Shown here one piece after another: positions 8,810 through 15,968 of a stretch of 22,181 nt of DNA; positions within the stretch are counted from its first letter, which is position 1; each line of letters begins with the position of its first letter. The position numbers and the translations under genes were made by a program. Under the pieces are notes generated by a model. The model saw nothing but the letters and a program-made list of their open reading frames with translations. It was not told where the DNA came from and ran no database searches. Origin of the DNA: an uncultured Pseudomonadota bacterium (lineage in GTDB: Bacteria; SAR324; NAC60-12); the NCBI GenBank assembly GCA_913020725.1, contig CAJWCD010000053.1, positions 1 through 22,181 of the forward strand, given 5' to 3'.

Positions 8810-9030
8810 AAGCAACTCAATCAATTTGAAGAAACTGTAGGCAGAATCCGCAGAAAGCACAATGAAAAACCCTGTAGAAGGCGCTGTGCAAGAAAGGGGG
8901 ACGAATGCCCTGAAACAACTTGCGCTATTGGTGTTGAAACCCTAGGCTTGACGCAGTGGGCAAGCCATTTGCAGAACCGCAGGTGGAGCCATCTTTCCCT
9001 GCCTTGCGAAGCAAAGTCCAACGAGCGCTT

Positions 9031-9369
9031 ATGAAGTCGTTGCTCCAGCAGCGGGTACGCCAGTTTCTCGTCCACTCCTTTTTGTACTACCATTTGGGAG
9101 ACTCCGTGATCTCGGACACGCAGTATGACCGGATTTGTCAGGAACTGAGAGCACTGCTCCAGCAGCATCCTCAACTTGAGGTGCCGTACCGCGATCTCAC
9201 AGAACAGGCTTTAGGCACTGAAGCCTCGGGCTACACGATCCGCAAGTTCCCGCCCCCGCTTATTAGTTCAGCCCTGCACCTGCTCTATCAGGCCCACTAC
9301 CGGGCGCACCTGACTCTTGCCGAGTTCCTTGCACGGCAGGGTTACCGCAGCGCAGAGGCGGGCGCATGA
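9031..9369 (+). CDS. Small standalone protein resembling NAD-dependent DNA ligase subdomain Ia (Nlig-Ia-like); ATG 9031 preferred over 8956
   Basis: RQFLVHSFLYYHLGDSVISDTQYDRICQEL..L...HP matches the LigA Ia motif YY.....ISD.EYD.L..EL..LE..HP. No adenylation domain follows. Stop overlaps the rodZ start (ATGA). Confidence 0.75.
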   Translation: MKSLLQQRVRQFLVHSFLYYHLGDSVISDTQYDRICQELRALLQQHPQLEVPYRDLTEQALGTEASGYTIRKFPPPLISSALHLLYQAHYRAHLTLAEFLARQGYRSAEAGA

Positions 9370-10409
9370 GTGAAGCCGTGCCCGAAACCCCGGAAGCCGA
9401 ATCCCTCGAACGGCTGGGCGCAGAGCTCTGGCAGCGCCGCAAACAAGCCGGTTACTCGCTCAGTGAAGTTGCGGACGCCATCCGAATCAACCAAGAGGTG
9501 TTGAAGACGATTGAGACCGGTCAGATTGACTACGCTCCTGGACAGACCTTCATCCGCGGGTTCATGCGCTCCTACGCCCGCTTCCTCGACATGGATCCGC
9601 AGGTGTTTCAGAAGCGGCTCAACGCTATCATGGGCGCAGAAAACAAAACCGCCCCGCATCGGATCCTGCCCGTGCAGGACATCAAGAGCAACAGCCGCAC
9701 CCAGAACCGTTGGGTTTGGGTGTCTGCAACAGTGGTGATCGTGGGGATGGCGGTTGCGTGGTATGTGATGGAGTCCCAGCTCGATTCTGGACCTTCGGAA
9801 GCCGCAGTCATTGTGGAACCGAAGCCAGCCACGGAAGCGACTCCGGAGCCGCAAGCCCCGGCATCGCAGGTGACGGAAACTGCTGAGTCCTCGGAGACTG
9901 TTGCCGAGGAACAGGCCGTGGTTGCTTCGGAAACCACCACAGCGCCAAACGCAGAGCAGACAGCCCGTCTTTCGGAAACCTTTCCTGCAGAACCGCAAGC
10001 CGTTGAGGTCGGAGAGGCCGTTGCAAAACCGATTTCCACTTCCGAACCAACCGCGCAAGCCGAGGAAAGTGAACCCGCCGAGGCAACAGCGGTCATGACA
10101 GAAGAGACGATTGCCGAAGCAGCGACAGCCGCAAGCATCGCGGGCGCCCAAGTCGCACCTCCCGGATTGCAACTCACGGTTGATGCCCACGAGCGGGTGT
10201 GGATCTCGCTGGAGATCGACGGGAAGACCGGAGTGGATGTGCTGCTGGAGGCCGGAGATACCTACGAGTGGGAAGCCAATGTGAGCTATGTGCTAACGGT
10301 GGGAAACGTCCACAGCGTGGAGGTGAAGCTCAACGGCAAACCCCTGAAACTGGATTCGTCTCAAGACCTGCTGCTCGACCACGTCCTCGACGCCTCGCTC
10401 CTGAACTGA
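9366..10409 (+). CDS. rodZ: RodZ-like cytoskeleton protein (XRE HTH, TM, low-complexity linker, DUF4115)
   Basis: LGAEL..RR...GYSLSEVA..IRI....L..IE.G...FIRGFMRSYARFL, a single TM, an Ala/Glu/Pro/Thr-rich linker, and C-terminal VWI..DG...L.AG...LTVGN...V.VKLNGKP. Confidence 0.88.
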   Translation: MSEAVPETPEAESLERLGAELWQRRKQAGYSLSEVADAIRINQEVLKTIETGQIDYAPGQTFIRGFMRSYARFLDMDPQVFQKRLNAIMGAENKTAPHRILPVQDIKSNSRTQNRWVWVSATVVIVGMAVAWYVMESQLDSGPSEAAVIVEPKPATEATPEPQAPASQVTETAESSETVAEEQAVVASETTTAPNAEQTARLSETFPAEPQAVEVGEAVAKPISTSEPTAQAEESEPAEATAVMTEETIAEAATAASIAGAQVAPPGLQLTVDAHERVWISLEIDGKTGVDVLLEAGDTYEWEANVSYVLTVGNVHSVEVKLNGKPLKLDSSQDLLLDHVLDASLLN

Positions 10410-11438
10410 ATGCGTACCAGCCCTAGACGACGAGTGATGAGAGACGAGCGAGCAAACCTCCTCGACCCGCCCCAATTCCTGCACGGCAAGCGCTACCGTC
10501 CACTCAGTCAACACTACCGCGAGCGCTTCGGCACCAAGGTCTTCAAGGTCAGTGTTTCGGTTGCCGAAACCTGTCCCAACCGCGAAGGCATGGGGGGAAT
10601 GCGTGTGTGTGTGTTCTGTGACGAATGGGGTTCTGCCGCCTACCACCAGCACCGCGATCTGCCCCTCCGCGAACAAATCCGGGTCAACCGCAAAGCAATC
10701 CGCCGCCGCTACCGGGCCGAGCGTTTTCTCGTGTATTTTCAGGCGTACACCAACACCTTTGGCCGCATCCGCACACTCCAACAACTTTACGAGGAAGCGC
10801 TGGCGGAGGAGGATGTGCTAGGCGTGGTTGTCGGCACCCGCCCGGATTGCTTGCCGCGAGCAATGCTGCGCACGATGGCGGCATTTGCCCGTGAGCGCTA
10901 CCTCTCCGTTGAATTGGGTGTGCAAACGCTGGATGATGCGCAGTTGGAGTTTCTTGCGCGGGGACACGACCGGGCTTGTTCGTTGACGGCGATCCGCAAG
11001 CTCAAGGCGCTTCCGAACGTGAACCTGTGCGTCCACCTCATGTTCGGACTTCCAGGGGAAACGGACGCGCAACTTCGGGAAACGGCAGAGTTGCTTTCGG
11101 AACTAGGGGTTGATGGCGTGAAGTTGCATAACCTGCACGTTTTGAAAAACACACCGCTGGAGCAGCTTTACCGGCAAGGAGGGTTTGCACCGGTTAGCTT
11201 GGAAGCATACACCCGCAAGGTCGCCGTTTTTCTGGAACATCTGGCTCCGGAAATCGCAATTCATCGGCTGGCGGCGGTGGCATCGCGCTGGGATGAACTC
11301 GTGGCTCCGGAGTGGACGCGGGAGAAGATGCGCCCCATGCAGTTCATCGAGGATCATTTGACCGCAGCAAACACATGGCAGGGGCGCCTTTGGCAACCCG
11401 GACTGCCGAAACGACACACTCAGCAAGGAGGGATTTGA
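10410..11438 (+). CDS. TIGR01212 (YhcC/YtqA-like) radical SAM protein; start may be 10437
   Basis: TCPNREG.....CVFC, YFQAYTNT, GTRPDC, VELGVQT, RGH, H..FGLPGE, GVKLHNLHV, IHRL. Confidence 0.92.
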   Translation: MRTSPRRRVMRDERANLLDPPQFLHGKRYRPLSQHYRERFGTKVFKVSVSVAETCPNREGMGGMRVCVFCDEWGSAAYHQHRDLPLREQIRVNRKAIRRRYRAERFLVYFQAYTNTFGRIRTLQQLYEEALAEEDVLGVVVGTRPDCLPRAMLRTMAAFARERYLSVELGVQTLDDAQLEFLARGHDRACSLTAIRKLKALPNVNLCVHLMFGLPGETDAQLRETAELLSELGVDGVKLHNLHVLKNTPLEQLYRQGGFAPVSLEAYTRKVAVFLEHLAPEIAIHRLAAVASRWDELVAPEWTREKMRPMQFIEDHLTAANTWQGRLWQPGLPKRHTQQGGI

Positions 11439-11791
11439 CGCTGGAAGGAGAAGATCGGGTTGCAAAAATCATCGAAGTCACCCGCAATGCAAAAGCCCAC
11501 AACATGGTGCAGTTCGATGTGCGGGGCAAATCCGTACTCACCGATTATGTGCTGATTTGTGAAGCACGCTCACAGGCGCATGGCCGGGGGGTGTGCGAAC
11601 GAGTCCGCGAAGGACTCAAGGAACTTGGAGTGCGCCCGGAGGGGCTGGAGGGCGAGCGCGAAGGAAACTGGATTCTGATGGACTATGGTGATGCGCTGCT
11701 CCACATCTTTCATCCGGAAATCCGCAGCTACTACGATTTGGAAAAACTGCATGAAGGTTGCCCCATGACGACTTGGGAAGACGAGGATTAG
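11435..11791 (+). CDS. rsfS: Ribosome silencing factor RsfS (Iojap)
   Basis: TTG start at 11435 after AGGAGG (11426-11431), overlapping the upstream stop. KA.N....DVRG.S.LTDY.LIC...S, EG...WILMDYGD..LHIF..E.R.YYDLEKL. Confidence 0.93.
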   Translation: MTLEGEDRVAKIIEVTRNAKAHNMVQFDVRGKSVLTDYVLICEARSQAHGRGVCERVREGLKELGVRPEGLEGEREGNWILMDYGDALLHIFHPEIRSYYDLEKLHEGCPMTTWEDED

Positions 11792-12805
11792 ATGCTGCCC
11801 GGAACCGCAGCAGCGGCGGCTGTGCGGAGGGCAACCGTGGTTCCGGAGTGGCGAACGGCGCTTGCTGCACTGCGGCTACACTCGCGGGTGCGCTGGGACG
11901 AGTCGCTGAAACGCCTCAACACTTGGCGCATTGGGGGCGTGGCGGATTGCGTGGTTGACGTGCAGTCGCTGGACGACCTCGCGCAACTCCTGCCCTTCAT
12001 CCAGAAGCAGCGGGTGCCGTGGACAGTGATCGGCAAGGGGTCGAACCTGCTGGTGCCCGACGAGGGCTGGCGGGGGCTGGTGCTGCACTTGGGCAAGGGC
12101 TTCAAGGATTGGGTGCCGTTGGAAGCCCCTCAGACCGTGAGGGTCGGCGCGGCGCTTGCCGATGTGACCTTTGCCCAGCGTTGCATCGAACCCGGTTGGG
12201 GCGGGATGGAATTTCTCGTCGGGGTTCCCGGAACCATCGGGGGCGCAGTGGCGATGAACGCTGGAGCGCATGGTGGTGAAATCGTGGATTTTCTCCGGGA
12301 GGTCTACTGGCTGGACATGGGCGGCAACTTGCGTCACGCTCCTGCCGAGGCCATTGAATTCCACTATCGTTTTTCGGGACTCAATGCCTGTAACGGAGTA
12401 CTCGTGACCCACGCGACCTTTGAGCTGCGTGAATCCCAACCTCCGGAAGTTCGCAAACAAGTGGATGCCTGCTTGCGCTTCCGGGAGGAAAAGCAACCAC
12501 GCAACCAGCCCAACTGTGGTTCGGTCTTCAAGAATCCGGAGAACGACCACGCGGCTCGGTTGATTGAGGCGTCCGGGCTCAAGGGCGCGGTGCGCGGCGG
12601 AATGCAGATCAGTTCGCTGCACGCAAACTTTATCGTGAACCGAGGTGAGGGTACGGCAGCAGACGCACTCGCCCTGATTGAACAGGCGCAGGAGCGTGTG
12701 TTTCAGGATCACGGCATCCGTTTGGAACCGGAAGTGCAGCACCTTAAGCCGTTACCGTTTGAAACACTTGTGCCGCCTCCGGCGTCATCCAGTCCTGTTT
12801 CCTAA
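11792..12805 (+). CDS. murB: UDP-N-acetylenolpyruvoylglucosamine reductase
   Basis: NTWRIGG.A, IGKGSNLLV.D, GVPGTIGGAVAMNAGAHG, YRFS, QP...NCGSVFKNP, HANFIVN, LEPEV. Confidence 0.96.
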   Translation: MLPGTAAAAAVRRATVVPEWRTALAALRLHSRVRWDESLKRLNTWRIGGVADCVVDVQSLDDLAQLLPFIQKQRVPWTVIGKGSNLLVPDEGWRGLVLHLGKGFKDWVPLEAPQTVRVGAALADVTFAQRCIEPGWGGMEFLVGVPGTIGGAVAMNAGAHGGEIVDFLREVYWLDMGGNLRHAPAEAIEFHYRFSGLNACNGVLVTHATFELRESQPPEVRKQVDACLRFREEKQPRNQPNCGSVFKNPENDHAARLIEASGLKGAVRGGMQISSLHANFIVNRGEGTAADALALIEQAQERVFQDHGIRLEPEVQHLKPLPFETLVPPPASSSPVS

Positions 12806-12838
12806 CCCGCATTGCAGCAAGGACGCTGCAAGCCATCC

Positions 12839-13789
12839 ATGCAGGATCTGAAAGCATTCACCAACCGGCGAACGCCCCGGTACCCGAAGTCGCGCACACG
12901 TCTCCTCCGCAAGGAAGGCGGGTCGGCAGTGATCGCGGATCCGGAAAAACGCCGTATCCACTCCGTCTCGCCACTGTCGAAACCGTTCTGGACACGGCTG
13001 TTCGCGACGGGCGATCCGGTTGAGTCGCGGCACCTCATCCTGGGGTTGATGCTGACCCTCAGTTCCACCTTGCTGATGGCTGCGGTGGGCTGGATGGTGT
13101 GGGGCACCGCACTGGTGGCGATCCCCTACTTTCAGCAACCCCTCAAAAACATTCGCATTCACGGACTGAATCGGCTCACCGAGCAGGAGTTGTTAGGTGG
13201 CGTTGGGCTGAAGCCCGGAGAAGCCCTGCTCAGCATTGATCCCTACGAACTCGCCACCCGGTTGCGCGCGCATCCCTTGGTCCGCGAGGTGGACTTGCGC
13301 CGTCAGTTCCCCCATCGTTTGCATCTCAACATTCAGGAGCATCAACCCGTAGCCCGTCTGCAAGCGGCTAACGAGGTGTTCCTGATCGATGCTGAACAGC
13401 GTGTTCTCCAACGCATCGTCAGCGGGCGTTTTTCGGCAGAAGATGCCCACCTCATCTTGGTCACAGGGCTGCGCACCCAAGCGTTACAACCCGGCATGCA
13501 ACTGCAATCCTCAGTGCTGGCCCAAGGACTGGAGATCTTGCAGGAACTCGCCGAGATGCCGCAGGCCACCCGCACGGCACTGCGGGTGGATTTGTCGGAA
13601 CCACAGAACCTCAAACTGGTGGTCTCGGTGGACGGACGCCGCAAGCCCTTGGAGGTACAGCTTGGCAGAGTCGGATTTGCTAACCGGGTGGAGCAGTTCC
13701 GGAAGCTCTACCCCTCGTTGCTGGGGACGCTGAAGAAGCCGCAGATGGTCGATCTCCGACACCCCGACCGTGTGAGTCTGCTCCAGTGA
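12839..13789 (+). CDS. ftsQ: Cell division protein FtsQ/DivIB; start 12839 (or TTG 12812)
   Basis: Basic cytoplasmic tail, one TM, POTRA domain (I.I.G..RLT..EL...HPLVREVDLRRQFPHRL.L.IQE..PVA), C-terminal VDLR. Confidence 0.85.
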   Translation: MQDLKAFTNRRTPRYPKSRTRLLRKEGGSAVIADPEKRRIHSVSPLSKPFWTRLFATGDPVESRHLILGLMLTLSSTLLMAAVGWMVWGTALVAIPYFQQPLKNIRIHGLNRLTEQELLGGVGLKPGEALLSIDPYELATRLRAHPLVREVDLRRQFPHRLHLNIQEHQPVARLQAANEVFLIDAEQRVLQRIVSGRFSAEDAHLILVTGLRTQALQPGMQLQSSVLAQGLEILQELAEMPQATRTALRVDLSEPQNLKLVVSVDGRRKPLEVQLGRVGFANRVEQFRKLYPSLLGTLKKPQMVDLRHPDRVSLLQ

Positions 13790-15336
13790 GCGCAGCCGAT
13801 GGCGACACCGGATTGCTGGAAGGGTTGATCCAACAGAACCTACTCAATGAGGAGTTGCTGGGGCAGCTTGGCGATCATGCCGAGCGACTTCCCGATTTGG
13901 AGCAGCTTCGGCAGTTGTTGAGGATGGAACTGCTTGCCGAAGACGCTCTCCTGCCCCTGCTCTCCGAACGCTATGGCCTGCCCTTGCTTGCAGAGTCAAC
14001 GGCTTCCTTGTCCCCATTTCCGGAAGCGGGTCGCTGCCGCGAGGTTTACGCGCAAACCGGCATTGTACTCATGGGAGACGAGCAGGCACGGATTGGGGTG
14101 TTGACGGTGCAAGCGGATTGGCTTGCCATGAATCGACTGGAACTGGAACCCGGAAGCCCGATCCAGTGGCAGCTGACCTCCCACGCCCGCTTGAGTTGGT
14201 TGGTGGCCGCGATGGCTCATCCACAGCGCTCGCAGGATGCCTCCGCGCTTGAGGCGGCAGCACCCAAACTCCAGTCGTTGTTGGAAGAAGCGGTTCACCA
14301 TCGGAGTTCCGATATTCATTTGGAGTCAGTGCCGGAGGGAGTGCAGGTGCGTTTTCGAGTGGACGGCATTCTCCAGCCCGGTCCACTGCTGCCAAAGTCG
14401 CTCCAGCCTTCGCTCTTCTCTCACATCAAGCTGTTGGCGGGCATGGACATCGCCATCCGGAGGCGCCCGCAGGATGGACATGCCGCTTACCACTCCCGCA
14501 GTGGCCGGGAGTTTGACCTGCGGGTTTCGAGCATGCCCGGAATCAACGGAGAAAAGCTGGTGTTGCGATTGCTCGACCAAATGCCGGTGCAGCATCGGCT
14601 GGAAGCTTTGGGCTTTCTCAAACAAGATATGGAGGCGCTGGAACAAGCCAGCCAGGCCGCTCATGGGTTGATCCTCATGGTGGGACCGACGGGCAGTGGC
14701 AAGACGACAACGCTCTACGCGATTCTCAACGCTCTCAACTCCAGTGAACGCCACATTTTCACGATTGAAAACCCAGTCGAGTATCAGGTTTCCGGAATCA
14801 CACAAGTGTCGGTGAACCCAGAACAGGGACTGAGTTTTGCTGAAGCACTACGGGCTTCCTTGCGGCAGGACCCGGATGTGATTTTGGTGGGAGAGATTCG
14901 AGACGAGGAAACCGCAGAGGTGGCCGTCAAAGCTGCGCTGACCGGGCACTTGGTGTTGTCCACGCTTCACAGCGGAGATGCTGTGACGGCGGTGCAGCGT
15001 CTGCTGAACTTGGGAATTGCGCGTGACCTGCTCGCGGACACCCTCACACTGATTGTTTCACAGCGGCTGGTCCGGAAACTCTGTCCGCATAAGGAGGAAA
15101 ACCCCGACTGCCCCCGCTGCCAAGGCACCGGCTATGCTGGGCGGATTCCGGTGTACGAGTTGCTGCGGGTCAATCGGTTGGTGCGGGACCGCATCCGCGC
15201 GGGGTACACCGGACGGGAACTGGTGGAGCCGCACAAGGATTTGCACTTTCAAACGATGGAGCAGACCGCCCAACGCTTGGTGCAGGAGCAACTGACAAAC
15301 TGGCGGGAGGTGCGGCCCTTGTTGCTGGCAACGTAG
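13786..15336 (+). CDS. GspE/PulE/PilB-family secretion/pilus assembly ATPase
   Basis: SDIHLE, RFRVDG, RRPQDG, GEKLVLRLL, Walker A GPTGSGKTTT, TIENPVEY, LRQDPDVILVGEIRD, TGHLVLSTLH. Confidence 0.95.
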   Translation: MSAADGDTGLLEGLIQQNLLNEELLGQLGDHAERLPDLEQLRQLLRMELLAEDALLPLLSERYGLPLLAESTASLSPFPEAGRCREVYAQTGIVLMGDEQARIGVLTVQADWLAMNRLELEPGSPIQWQLTSHARLSWLVAAMAHPQRSQDASALEAAAPKLQSLLEEAVHHRSSDIHLESVPEGVQVRFRVDGILQPGPLLPKSLQPSLFSHIKLLAGMDIAIRRRPQDGHAAYHSRSGREFDLRVSSMPGINGEKLVLRLLDQMPVQHRLEALGFLKQDMEALEQASQAAHGLILMVGPTGSGKTTTLYAILNALNSSERHIFTIENPVEYQVSGITQVSVNPEQGLSFAEALRASLRQDPDVILVGEIRDEETAEVAVKAALTGHLVLSTLHSGDAVTAVQRLLNLGIARDLLADTLTLIVSQRLVRKLCPHKEENPDCPRCQGTGYAGRIPVYELLRVNRLVRDRIRAGYTGRELVEPHKDLHFQTMEQTAQRLVQEQLTNWREVRPLLLAT

Positions 15337-15337
15337 T

Positions 15338-15799
15338 TCAATCTGCTCCCGGCACCACCAGTTCCACAAGTGCGTTGCGGATGAGGTCCGGGATGGGGAG
15401 GGGGCGACGCTGCTCCCGGTCCACATAAACATGGACGAAACGTCCGAGTGCAGCAGGCGTGTCACTGCCTGCGCGGAACAGTCCGATTTCGTAAATCACG
15501 CTGCGCTTGCCAAGGCGGGTGATGCGCAGGCCGGCGTCAATAATTTCCGGAAAACTGAGTTCTTGTAGAAAGCGGCAGCTCGTTTCGGCGACGATGCCGA
15601 GTGCCGGAAGTTCCCGGAGGTCTTGGCCCGTTGCTGCGATGAGGTTGCCGTTGACGGCGGTGTCGAATTAGGAGTAGTACACGACGTTGTTGACGTGCCC
15701 GTACATGTCGTTGTCCATCCAGCGCGTGGGGATGGAGATGAACTTGCGGAAATGGGCGCGGGTTTCTTCAGCGGAATCCGAGAATGTGGGTGCGGTCAT
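15338..15799 (-). pseudogene. Acyl-CoA thioesterase (4HBT/YbgC hotdog family) interrupted by an in-frame TAA at 15670-15668
   Basis: Manual translation: [53 protein letters not shown]...GIVAETSCRFLQELSFP...GLRITRLGKRSVIYEIGLF...GRFVHVYVDR..RPLPIP...*. The frame is otherwise intact over 154 codons. Confidence 0.85.
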
Positions 15800-15870
15800 G
15801 GCTTGGGCAAGGAAATGGTCTTAAAGTTGAACCGATGATCAAGGATCGTAGCGCATTGTTCCGTTCGTTG

Positions 15871-15929
15871 GCAAGTGCTGGAGGTGTCATAGCACTTGCA
15901 GAGTCCCGGAGGGTGTGGGAAAGTGCTGG
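15871..15929. promoter_or_regulatory. Inverted repeat GCAAGTGCT-N11-AGCACTTGC plus a third AAGTGCTGG copy; candidate operator in a divergent intergenic region
   Basis: Perfect 9-bp arms at 15871-15879 and 15891-15899; AAGTGCTGG occurs at 15873 and 15921. Confidence 0.4.
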
Positions 15930-15968
15930 TTGCAACAACAACAATGACAAGTGGGGATTGGAGGCAAG

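Noticed and set aside
8959..8990. Hairpin CCATTTGC-agaacc-GCAGGTGG preceded by GGCAAG, superficially like a c-di-GMP-I riboswitch
   Set aside because: It lacks the GNRA tetraloop, the following GACGCAAA segment and a second stem, and the stem needs two G-U pairs.
7973..9034. 353-aa plus-strand ORF (and the 227-aa minus ORF 7903-8586)
   Set aside because: They overlap the well-supported Nudix gene in antisense or alternative frames and show no protein-family features.
9800..10160. Repetitive-looking Ala/Glu/Pro/Thr tract in rodZ
   Set aside because: An ordinary low-complexity RodZ linker; no discrete DNA repeat unit found.
11312..11434. ORF-track N-terminal extension of rsfS
   Set aside because: It overlaps the radical SAM gene; TTG 11435 with AGGAGG fits the family length better.
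15668..15670. Possible stop-codon recoding (Sec/Pyl/alternative code) in the thioesterase
   Set aside because: The codon is TAA rather than TGA/TAG, it aligns to an aromatic residue, and TAA terminates murB and the M23 gene in this window.
15885..15900. TGTCAT-N5-TTGCA resembling a sigma54 -24/-12 promoter
   Set aside because: The invariant GG at -24 is GT here.
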